Of a stretch of DNA of 36,180 nt, positions 1-6,531 are shown piece after piece. Made by a program: the position numbers and the translations under genes. This DNA is from a virus, in the IMG/VR virus record IMGVR_UViG_3300032038_000319; one strand, written 5' to 3'. Within the stretch, counting starts at the first letter, position 1, and each line of letters opens with the position of its first letter. The notes beneath the pieces are model-generated. The model was given only the letters and a program-made list of their open reading frames with translations, was not told the DNA's origin and made no database searches.

Positions 1-127
1 CCTTGCAGTCCTGAATGATTAAATCTATCAGCTTTGCCATTTGCCGCCTGTCGAACGTGCTCGACCCGTACCACAAAAACACGTCTGTCCAGCCGTCATA
101 GCCTGAATACGCCTTATCTGTAAGCCA
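1..127. repeat. Left copy of the 127-bp terminal direct repeat (identical to 36054..36180); most likely a circular-assembly overlap
   Basis: Read directly: ccttgcagtcctgaatgatt...ctgtaagcca occurs at both ends. The repeat lies inside a coding frame that continues in phase across the junction. Confidence 0.9.
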
Positions 128-436
128 CCCTAAGCCTTTACTCTGCCACAGTTCACACAGCATATCTGCCGCCCTGTCTTCGACCCTCATTGTCTGCATA
201 TTATCGCCTATATCTCTGATATACGTCCGATATATAGCTGTTGTTTCAAGCCCCGTGACCGCTGACAGCTTATCCATAAGCACCCACGCACAAGCATTAG
301 CTGATAAAGACCGCTTGCGTTTGATTTCCTTGACCTCGATTTCAAAGGTCTTTTCATCGTCAAGGCTATCTATGTAACTATCAAGCCACGCCATAGCCTT
401 GACTTTTTCTGCTTTAGTAAACTTTAGCTTTTTCAT
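1..436 (-). CDS. NinB/Orf-like recombination mediator, 5' part (continues across the circular junction into 35980..36053; 169 aa in total)
   Basis: ATG at 436 forms an ATGA overlap with the ERF stop. My translation is MKKLKFTKAEKVKAMAWLDSYIDSL...KRKRSLSANACAWVLMDKL...GSSTFDRRQMAKLIDLIIQDCKEYGVE...EWKAERG. This resembles lambda NinB (NRSLDQNRKLWA, GQSTSRMRVGEFAELLELIQ, LEWKARWG). Joined length is 510 nt, in frame. Confidence 0.6.
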   Translation of the reverse strand, partial: MKKLKFTKAEKVKAMAWLDSYIDSLDDEKTFEIEVKEIKRKRSLSANACAWVLMDKLSAVTGLETTAIYRTYIRDIGDNMQTMRVEDRAADMLCELWQSKGLGWLTDKAYSGYDGWTDVFLWYGSSTFDRRQMAKLIDLIIQDCK

Positions 437-1011
437 TTTGTCTTTTTAAGCAACATCTGTATGCAGTTATTAGCGGCATCGAACGTCATATCCTGTAATC
501 TCTTTACCTTGTAATGCTCCAGCATCTTTGCTTTGTCGGTCTTTGTCTTGAAAACTAAGTCCTCGATCTGACAGCCTTGTTCGTTTGTTATCATCTTTGG
601 CTGTTTCGGGGGCGGCGGATTGTTTGCACTCTGATAAGCGTTTGTATCTGCGTCTTTGGTATCGTCTATCAGAAACAGCCCATTCAGCGCATATTTCCTC
701 GCATAGCTGCTTGCCGCTCCCGTGATTTGGCTTTCGTCTGCGCCTTTTTTGTTTTCAGGCTCACGGGCATACGCCGATGTTGTCAAACTGCTGCCCTTAT
801 CATCGGTAAACGTGCATATTGCCTTGACGTACACCCTGCCGCCTACCTCGATTATCTCATCGCTGATTGTCAGCATCGAGTTATATTTTGCAAGCAGGGG
901 CTTGACCGCTTCAAGGATATCCTCAGCCGACCTATACGCATAGTTTCCGAACTTGTTATACTGGTTTTTCGGGGCTTTTAACTCCGCTTGTATCTGTTTT
1001 AAACTTTCCAT
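433..1011 (-). CDS. erf: ERF-family single-strand annealing protein
   Basis: Track ORF 433..1026. Motifs include KFGNYAYRSAEDILEAVKPLL and GAASSYARKYALNGLF, typical of ERF. Start moved to the ATG at 1011 (MESLKQ), which follows GAGGAGTGAAACA. Confidence 0.8.
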   Translation of the reverse strand: MESLKQIQAELKAPKNQYNKFGNYAYRSAEDILEAVKPLLAKYNSMLTISDEIIEVGGRVYVKAICTFTDDKGSSLTTSAYAREPENKKGADESQITGAASSYARKYALNGLFLIDDTKDADTNAYQSANNPPPPKQPKMITNEQGCQIEDLVFKTKTDKAKMLEHYKVKRLQDMTFDAANNCIQMLLKKTK

Positions 1012-1015
1012 TGTT

Positions 1016-1261
1016 TCACTCCTCAAAAATTGCTATTTTAGGCAAGTCGAGCATCTCGCATATCTTGTCTTGCATATATGTGTTCGCAGACTTAAAATCA
1101 TTTTCGATTTTGTTATAATATGTTGAGCATATCCCCAGCTTTTCAGCCATTCGCCGCTGGTCTAACTCTTTGCACTTACGGGCAAATGATATAATGCCAC
1201 GTATTCGCTGTGCTTCCCGTATCTGTTCGGGCGTTTCTGCCCTTAAGTCTGCTTTTCTCAC
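1016..1261 (-). CDS. Small XRE-type HTH DNA-binding protein
   Basis: Track ORF. The segment ELDQRRMAEKLGICSTYYNKIEND is an HTH_3-like helix-turn-helix. GTG start forms a GTGA overlap with the upstream gene. Confidence 0.65.
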   Translation of the reverse strand: MRKADLRAETPEQIREAQRIRGIISFARKCKELDQRRMAEKLGICSTYYNKIENDFKSANTYMQDKICEMLDLPKIAIFEE

Positions 1262-1716
1262 TTAATCTGCATTGACGTTTTCTGCACCAGTTCTGCACCG
1301 TCAACGCTCTCACCTGCCTTTATAGCCGCCTTTATAGCCGTTTTGTCTGCTTCTGCCGGGGCAAAGCGTAAATAGTCTGTCGGTATCTTTGACAGGTCTG
1401 TGATGTTCACACTCTCACTTTTGCGATAAGATATAGCGCATTTTGGAGTTTCAAACTTTGCACCGTCAAGGGCGTTCATCAGATAAGCCGTCAAGCCGTC
1501 AATCTTGCTTTGTTTTGACTTAATCCTATCCTCAAACGCTTTCTTCTCTGCTTTGAGTTCTGCTACATCAGATTTAAGGTTTTTAAGCCAAAGGGCGGCG
1601 TTTTCAATTTTCTGCTCTCTTAACAGGTTTAAGGCTTCAAGCTGCTCTGCATCTACTTCGCCCGTTTCGGGGTCTATGCACTCCAGCATAGCTGCATCTA
1701 TCTCATATATTGTCAT
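1258..1716 (-). CDS. Siphovirus Gp157-like protein (recombination-module accessory)
   Basis: Track ORF, 152 aa. N-terminal IYEI...LE..DPETGEV, then a coiled coil KNLKSDVAELKAEKKAFEDRIKSKQSKIDGL, then ISYRKSESVNITD. This matches the Sipho_Gp157 layout, and it sits next to ERF. Confidence 0.65.
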   Translation of the reverse strand: MTIYEIDAAMLECIDPETGEVDAEQLEALNLLREQKIENAALWLKNLKSDVAELKAEKKAFEDRIKSKQSKIDGLTAYLMNALDGAKFETPKCAISYRKSESVNITDLSKIPTDYLRFAPAEADKTAIKAAIKAGESVDGAELVQKTSMQIK

Positions 1717-1973
1717 TAGTACGGCACGCTCCCTTCGGGCATATCAACAAGATACTCCTTTTTTGTTTCTGTTGCTGTTGCTGTGGTATTTCTCCACTCT
1801 TTTTTGTCAGGCTCAATGCCAAGAATGGCACGTATATCATCGGGCACATAATACCCGACTTCTGCAAGCTTTTTGATATCTTCAATTTTCGTTTCGGCTG
1901 TCGCCAAATCATACTGCATATCAAGCAATGTTGTTATAAAGTCATTTATAAATTCAATTGTTTTCTCGTTCAT
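1716..1973 (-). CDS. Hypothetical early protein (85 aa)
   Basis: Track ORF in operon register, overlapping the next gene's start by 1 nt. No recognisable motif. Confidence 0.5.
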   Translation of the reverse strand: MNEKTIEFINDFITTLLDMQYDLATAETKIEDIKKLAEVGYYVPDDIRAILGIEPDKKEWRNTTATATETKKEYLVDMPEGSVPY

Positions 1974-1983
1974 AATATCCTCC

Positions 1984-2214
1984 TTAAGCTGATTTTTTCC
2001 TGTTCTTCTTGACTTTCATACGGATTTCGCCGAAATGCTCGCCGCCCCAGTCTGTGCGGATTTCCTGCATCTCGCTTTCAAAATCCTTTTCAATCTTCAT
2101 TCGCTTCAAGGCCTTGTTAAACTTGCGTTCCCTCTCGCTATCAATCAACTGAAAAACGAGATACAACGAAAATGCCGTTAAGGCTATTGCGTATATAGCT
2201 GTTCCTATATTCAT
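1984..2214 (-). CDS. Small membrane protein (one N-terminal TM helix, basic tail)
   Basis: Track ORF. IGTAIYAIALTAFSLYLVFQLI is a TM segment. GGGAGGG RBS lies 6 nt before the ATG at 2214. Confidence 0.55.
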   Translation of the reverse strand: MNIGTAIYAIALTAFSLYLVFQLIDSERERKFNKALKRMKIEKDFESEMQEIRTDWGGEHFGEIRMKVKKNRKKSA

Positions 2215-2231
2215 GTTATTCCCTCCCGCAT

Positions 2232-2465
2232 TTATCCGTAGCCGTCGCCGTAGCCGTTGCCGTCGCCGTAGCCGTTGCCGTTGCCGTCGCCGTAGCCGTT
2301 GCCGTAGCCGTCGCCGTAGCCGTTGCCGTAGCCGTCGCCGTCGCCGTAGCCGTAGCCGTTGCCGTTGCCGTAGCCGTTGCCGTAGCCGTAGCCGTTGCCG
2401 TTGCCGTTATCGTAGCCGTAGCCGTCGCCGTCGCCGTAGCCGTAGCCGTAGATTTTAGCACTCAT
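2232..2465 (-). CDS. Gly-[Tyr/Asn/Asp] dipeptide-repeat protein (77 aa, MSAKI + 36 X-Gly units)
   Basis: This is the only one of the three open frames over the repeat that has an ATG. That ATG overlaps the upstream stop by 11 nt. The TAA stop is followed by the RBS of the next gene. Codons used are only GGC/TAC/AAC/GAC plus one GAT. Confidence 0.5.
   Translation of the reverse strand: MSAKIYGYGYGDGDGYGYDNGNGNGYGYGNGYGNGNGYGYGDGDGYGNGYGDGYGNGYGDGNGNGYGDGNGYGDGYG
2235..2450. repeat. 36 tandem hexanucleotide units (GCCGTN on the + strand, N = A/C/T, never G)
   Basis: Read directly. Apart from the first unit (tccgta) and one atcgta unit, only the 6th base varies. The lack of stop codons leaves three open frames (2213..2458 +, 2216..2461 -, 2232..2465 -). 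Confidence 0.95.
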
Positions 2466-2817
2466 AATCTTTCACCGCCTCGATACTTTCCCTTGCCTTT
2501 TCTGTGCAAGGTATTATCTCGATAGCTTCTGTAAGAATAATGAAGTTTACATGTGTGGAGAACTTGCATTCATCGGGTTTACTCACACCATACTTTGACA
2601 TTTCCGAAAGTGTGAATGCCCCTGCCCATTTCCACAGCCTGCGTGCGTTTACCAACTTCACGACCTTTTTTTCGCCCTCTTTGAAATAGCCTGCGTGAAC
2701 GCCTGCGCTGTAAGTTCTGATAATACAATATTTAAGCCCGTCCGTGCTTACTGCCATTTCCTGTGGTATATCGCTCTTTCTTACATATACCTCTCCGTTG
2801 ATTGTGATTTCGTTCAT
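2455..2817 (-). CDS. Conserved-looking phage protein of unknown function (120 aa)
   Basis: Track ORF. The core IIRTYSAGVHAGYFKEGEKKVVKLVNARRLWKWAGAFTLSEM recalls an uncharacterised family seen in many phages. This is from memory only. Confidence 0.55.
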   Translation of the reverse strand: MNEITINGEVYVRKSDIPQEMAVSTDGLKYCIIRTYSAGVHAGYFKEGEKKVVKLVNARRLWKWAGAFTLSEMSKYGVSKPDECKFSTHVNFIILTEAIEIIPCTEKARESIEAVKDYEC

Positions 2818-2829
2818 TGTGATTTCCTC

Positions 2830-2994
2830 CTATTCGTTTCCTGCCATTGCCGACAGTACCTTTGATATGTCCTTGCATATCTTCTGCTGATACCGTTCCC
2901 ATTCTTCACCCTGCATCATATCCTCTGTAAGCGGCTTGTATTCGCCGTTAACAGGGATAAAGAATTGAAACGTGATTTTCTTTTTGCTTGCCAT
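2830..2994 (-). CDS. Hypothetical small early protein (54 aa)
   Basis: Track ORF 2830..3015, trimmed to the ATG at 2994 (MASKKK). That ATG is preceded by GAGGAGTGATTAT and lies just after the antirepressor stop. Confidence 0.45.
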   Translation of the reverse strand: MASKKKITFQFFIPVNGEYKPLTEDMMQGEEWERYQQKICKDISKVLSAMAGNE

Positions 2995-2998
2995 ATAA

Positions 2999-3769
2999 TC
3001 ACTCCTCGCCGTCACCGAGAAATTTATTGATAAAGTATCTCTGACCCTTGCCCGTGACCTTTGGTGTTCTTGTTACTCTTACGCTGCCGTCAGGGTTGTT
3101 TATAACGTGTTCCTTGACCTCAAACAGCCCCAGTTCCATTGAATACTGCGTCGGCATATTGTAGCTGTTGCCCGATTTCATCAGATATCCGTTTGCTCTC
3201 AGCCATTCAAAAAGCCTTTTCTGCCCTATTTCATAGCCGTTTTGCTTTATCAGCTTTGCCAAATCGCCCACAAGTATTGACCCTTTGCTCACCTCAACGC
3301 TTTCAGCAAATAGCACCTTTGACCTGTCAGCCTTGATTTTTTCCTCTGCTACTATCCTGCGTTGCTTTTCCTCTTTCATCTCTGTGAGCAGATTTATGAG
3401 GAAGTCGGGGTTTTCGATAGTCTTTGCAAGAATATCATCGGTCATATACGCCCCGTGTCGGCGTATGCTTGGCAATATCTCACTTGTTACCCAACGCTTG
3501 AACTCTTTCGCCCTCGGCAGCTTACTGCTGAACACCAGTGAATACACACCGCTTTCGTTTATTACCGTGATTTCTTGCTTTCCTCCGGGGGTGTCGCATT
3601 TTGCGACCCCCTTATCTTCGGGGTCAACGTGCTTTGATAAAGCATCACGTACATTGCTGTATCCTAATGCTCTTGCAACATCACGCCCTAAGAAATACGG
3701 CTCTCCGTTCATCTCGGTTATTCTTACTCCTCCGAAAATAGGGCTTTCAAAGATTTTAATATTATTCAC
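2999..3769 (-). CDS. Phage antirepressor (Bro-N domain + KilAC/ANT-like C-terminal domain)
   Basis: Track ORF. IFESPIFGGVRITEMNGEPYFLGRDVARALGYSNVRDALSKHV is Bro-N-like. The C-terminal half (LIKQNGYEIGQKRLFEWLRANGYL) is KilAC-like. Start set to the GTG at 3769, after AAGGAGGTTAAAG. Confidence 0.75.
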   Translation of the reverse strand: MNNIKIFESPIFGGVRITEMNGEPYFLGRDVARALGYSNVRDALSKHVDPEDKGVAKCDTPGGKQEITVINESGVYSLVFSSKLPRAKEFKRWVTSEILPSIRRHGAYMTDDILAKTIENPDFLINLLTEMKEEKQRRIVAEEKIKADRSKVLFAESVEVSKGSILVGDLAKLIKQNGYEIGQKRLFEWLRANGYLMKSGNSYNMPTQYSMELGLFEVKEHVINNPDGSVRVTRTPKVTGKGQRYFINKFLGDGEE

Positions 3770-3786
3770 CTTTAACCTCCTTATCC

Positions 3787-3984
3787 TTATATGTCCAAAT
3801 ATTGACATACACTTGCCTGTATGGTAGTATTTATCACCGTGCCATTAAGCACCTGATTGAGCTGTTTCGGATTGACTTTGAGGATTTTCGCAAGCTGTAC
3901 TTGTGTCATTTCCTTATCAATAAGCCTTTTTTTTGCTTTTTTACACCATAAAGGCAACTTTTTTTGTTTTACAGTACCTATAAT
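3787..3984 (-). CDS. Cro-like small HTH protein with no canonical start codon near its RBS (start uncertain: ATT 3984, ATA 3981 or TTG 3957)
   Basis: Not in the track. My translation is ..GTVKQKKLPLWCKKAKKRLIDKEMTQVQLAKILKVNPKQLNQVLNGTV...QYLDI*. A perfect AAGGAGG lies at 3991..3997. This is the first gene of the leftward operon, facing the repressor. Confidence 0.5.
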   Translation of the reverse strand: MIGTVKQKKLPLWCKKAKKRLIDKEMTQVQLAKILKVNPKQLNQVLNGTVINTTIQASVCQYLDI

Positions 3985-4006
3985 CGTACACCTCCTTATT
4001 TGTATA

Positions 4007-4046
4007 TTGACAAATTATACATCATATGTTATACTAAAATTGTCAA
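4007..4046. promoter_or_regulatory. Overlapping divergent promoter elements and a 10-bp inverted repeat in the genetic-switch region
   Basis: On the + strand, TTGACA (4007..4012) is followed by a 17-bp spacer and TGtTATACT (-10 at 4030..4035). On the - strand, TTGACA (4046..4041) and TATAAT (4019..4014) are 21 bp apart, which is non-optimal. ttgacaaatt (4007..4016) and aaattgtcaa (4037..4046) form a 9/10 inverted repeat. Confidence 0.5.
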
Positions 4047-4119
4047 AAGCAGTATAACAAAAGGTATCAGCTCCCGAAAAAGGCTTAAATTCGAGGGGTC
4101 TGTTTTACTATACTCATTT

Positions 4120-4192
4120 TTGTATACTTGTCTATATATAATTATATTACGTTTAAGCGTAAATGTCAAGCATTTTTTACGTCTATGCGTAA
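4120..4192 (+). promoter_or_regulatory. Second candidate rightward promoter plus two operator-like palindromes upstream of the repressor gene
   Basis: TTGTAT (4120..4125), a 17-bp spacer, then TATATT (4143..4148). TTACGTTTAAGCGTAA (4147..4162) and TTACGTCTATGCGTAA (4177..4192) share TTACG-N5/6-GCGTAA dyad symmetry. Their centres are 30 bp apart. Confidence 0.4.
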
Positions 4193-4228
4193 GTTTTACA
4201 TTATGCATAATTATAATGAGGTGATTTT

Positions 4229-4582
4229 GTGAGTTTTTACGAAAATTTACATAACGCCTGCGAAATGCAGGGCTTAAAAGTATCAAATGTTGTAATAGAG
4301 GTTGGTGAAAAACTCGGCAGCCTTAACGGGTGGAAAAAAGGCTCAATGCCAAATAGCAAAGCTGTTATCGCTTTTGCATTACGTTTAAACGTATCAGCCG
4401 ATTATCTTCTTGACTTGCCTATAAAGCAAGTCACAAGTGCTGAACTTTCGGAAGCCGAAACCGAGCTGCTGTCACTATTTAGGGCTTGCCCAGATACAGA
4501 CAAGGAAAACATTATCTTGCTTGCTCGCTCTTTTGCCGAGCGTGAAACATCTGCAAAGGAAAAAGAAAAAATATCCATATAA
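4229..4582 (+). CDS. CI-like XRE-family repressor (HTH only, no S24 peptidase domain)
   Basis: Track ORF with a GTG start after GAGGTG. It has an HTH-like N-terminus (FYENLHNACEMQGLKVSNVVIEVGEKLGSLNGWKKG...ADYLL). It is divergent from the Cro-like/antirepressor operon. Confidence 0.7.
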   Translation: MSFYENLHNACEMQGLKVSNVVIEVGEKLGSLNGWKKGSMPNSKAVIAFALRLNVSADYLLDLPIKQVTSAELSEAETELLSLFRACPDTDKENIILLARSFAERETSAKEKEKISI

Positions 4583-4594
4583 AGAGGTGATATT

Positions 4595-4924
4595 ATGTTT
4601 GATTTAATAATGACGATTGTATTCGGTGCGTTTGGATATTGGCAATTCAAAAACAAAAAGACAGCATACGGTTTTATTTGGCTTTTAACGGGCGGTCTGT
4701 GTGGTATCGGCTGGGTGATTGATATATTCTCAGCTTACAAGGCATATAAAAAACCACCTGTCGAAACGCCGACCGAATTTTTAAGGCTCAACACCAAATC
4801 AATGACCGTTCACGTTTACAATTGCAGGCTTGTCAATGCAGATATGCCCCGATGCCATAATTACGATGAGGCAAAAGCTAAAGGCTTTAAACCTTGCCGT
4901 ATATGTATGCCTGACAGAAAATAG
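4595..4924 (+). CDS. Membrane protein: TM2-like N-terminal domain + Ada-type Cys-rich metal-binding-like C-terminus (lysogeny-module moron)
   Basis: Track ORF. GAFGYWQFKNKKTAYGFIWLLTGGLCGIGWVIDIF resembles a TM2 domain. VHVYNCRLVNADMPRCHNYDEAKAKGFKPCRICMP resembles the Ada-like H..C..C...GF.PC..C.P motif. Confidence 0.6.
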   Translation: MFDLIMTIVFGAFGYWQFKNKKTAYGFIWLLTGGLCGIGWVIDIFSAYKAYKKPPVETPTEFLRLNTKSMTVHVYNCRLVNADMPRCHNYDEAKAKGFKPCRICMPDRK

Positions 4925-5045
4925 CCACAAACGCATTTAAACACCCCATACAGCCGTTTTTAAAATAGGGGTATAGATATATAAAAATCAGTCAAAAACG
5001 CCATACACGGCATTTTGGTGCATAATACGATAAAGGAGTGATGAT

Positions 5046-6449
5046 ATGAAAATAGCAGCGGCATACATAAGGGTATCAACCGACAGTCAGACCGAGTTAT
5101 CGCCTGACAGCCAAATTAAGCTTATAAGGGAATATGCCAAATCACATGATATGATAGTACCCGATGAGTATATATTTCGTGATGACGGCATATCGGGCAG
5201 AACTACCGCAAAGCGACCACAGTTTAATGCTATGATTGGCACGGCAAAGAAAAAGCCAAAGCCGTTTGATGTTATCCTACTGTGGAAATTTAGCCGATTC
5301 GCTCGGAACCGTGAGGACAGCATTGTTTACAAGTCAATGCTTAAAAAAATCGGCATTGATGTTGTGAGCGTGTCCGAGCCTGTCGGTGATGATAAGATGT
5401 CTGTGCTTATCGAAGCGATGATTGAAGCGATGGACGAATATTACAGCATAAACCTGTCGGAAGAGGTCAACCGAGGAATGCTTGAAGCGTTGAGCCGTGG
5501 AAAATGTGTAAATTCTTATCCGCTCGGCTACAAGATGATTGATAAGCAACTAATCATCAACGAGGAAACCGCTCCAATCATTCGCAGGATATACGCCGAG
5601 TTTATAAGTGGCAAAAATATGTTGCCGATTGCAAGAGGGCTGACCGCTGACGGATACCGCACACTATACGGCAAGCCGTTTGAAACACGCACCATTGAAT
5701 ACATTTTGCGAAATCCCATTTATAAAGGGTATCTGAGATACACACCCGGGGGAAACGGCAGCAAGCAACACTATCACGGCATTGAGCCAATGATTTTCAA
5801 AGGTGTTCACGATGCTATCATACCGCCTGATATGTGGGATAAAGCCGCCGAGCGTATGGAGAGCATTAAAAAAGCACATCAAAAATACCGCCGAGATACG
5901 GCACAAAAATATGATTTAATGCTCCGTGGTCTGCTCAAATGCTCAAATTGTGGGTGTACTCTGACATACACATCAAAAGGCTATCAATGTGGAAATTACA
6001 ACAGGGGCAAATGCTCTGTATCGCATTATGTGAGCGAAAACAGGATAAACGAGGCTGTTGTAAATGCTGTCCGCACTCTTAACATCAACGGCAGAATAAA
6101 CATTGTGCCGCCCAAAGAGCCGATGATACAAGATAACACCGCCGACCTCATCAAACGTGAGGAAAACAAGCTAAAGCGCATAAAAGAAGCATATCTAAAC
6201 GGCATTGATACCATTGAGGAATACAAAGCCAATAAACAAAAAATCACCGCCGACCTTGAAAAACTCAAAGCAAAACAAAAAAAGCCCGAGCCAAAGCCCG
6301 AGCTTGAAACACGCCGATTTGATTTTATAAGAATGTTTGATGAGGGTACTTTTACCCCCGGTGAGTTAAACGCTGCTCTTAAAGCGTTTATAGCATATAT
6401 TATATATGACCGCTTGAATGATAATATAACGCTTTTTTTAAACCCTTAA
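5046..6449 (+). CDS. int: Large serine recombinase (integrase)
   Basis: Track ORF, 467 aa. Has the AAYIRVSTDSQ resolvase catalytic motif, a recombinase domain, a Cys cluster CSNCGCTLTYTSKGYQCGNYNRGKC and a C-terminal coiled coil. Confidence 0.9.
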   Translation: MKIAAAYIRVSTDSQTELSPDSQIKLIREYAKSHDMIVPDEYIFRDDGISGRTTAKRPQFNAMIGTAKKKPKPFDVILLWKFSRFARNREDSIVYKSMLKKIGIDVVSVSEPVGDDKMSVLIEAMIEAMDEYYSINLSEEVNRGMLEALSRGKCVNSYPLGYKMIDKQLIINEETAPIIRRIYAEFISGKNMLPIARGLTADGYRTLYGKPFETRTIEYILRNPIYKGYLRYTPGGNGSKQHYHGIEPMIFKGVHDAIIPPDMWDKAAERMESIKKAHQKYRRDTAQKYDLMLRGLLKCSNCGCTLTYTSKGYQCGNYNRGKCSVSHYVSENRINEAVVNAVRTLNINGRINIVPPKEPMIQDNTADLIKREENKLKRIKEAYLNGIDTIEEYKANKQKITADLEKLKAKQKKPEPKPELETRRFDFIRMFDEGTFTPGELNAALKAFIAYIIYDRLNDNITLFLNP

Positions 6450-6452
6450 TTA

Positions 6453-6492
6453 CAAACATTTACAAAAAGGCGGGGCGTGTTGAAAATGTTTG
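6453..6492. other. Perfect 9-bp inverted repeat (caaacattt / aaatgtttg) with a 22-bp spacer, immediately 3' of int; attP candidate
   Basis: Read directly at 6453..6461 and 6484..6492. Serine-integrase attP sites are roughly 40-50 bp imperfect dyads that usually lie next to int. Confidence 0.35.
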
Positions 6493-6493
6493 C

Positions 6494-6525
6494 AATAAAA
6501 AAGGGGCTACCGTAAAGATAGCCCC
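6494..6525 (-). terminator. Rho-independent terminator closing the late (lysis) operon
   Basis: GGGGCTA (6503..6509) pairs with TAGCCCC (6519..6525), with a 9-nt loop. On the - strand it is followed by TTTTTTATT (+ strand A-run 6497..6502). It sits 7 nt after the endolysin stop. Confidence 0.8.
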
Positions 6526-6531
6526 AATTGC

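Noticed and set aside
1-127. Terminal repeats as boundaries of a mobile element (LTR/IR) or a prophage att duplication
   Set aside because: The repeat is direct and lies inside a coding frame that reads through the junction. The integrase is a serine recombinase, which does not generate long att duplications. An assembly overlap on a circular contig is the simpler explanation.
2235-2450. Possible diversity-generating retroelement target (NAC codons varying at the first base)
   Set aside because: There is no reverse transcriptase gene, no template-repeat copy elsewhere in the genome and no accessory (Avd-like) gene. The variation is confined to one position of a tandem unit.
2213-2461. Arg/Ser/Cys-repeat ORF on the + strand (2213..2458) and Thr-Ala-repeat ORF on the - strand (2216..2461)
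   Set aside because: Both are alternative frames of the same stop-free hexanucleotide array. The + strand ORF opposes the operon. The Thr-Ala frame needs a GTG start and runs to 2216, right up against the ATG (2214) of the next gene and across its RBS. Only the Gly-X frame fits the operon register.
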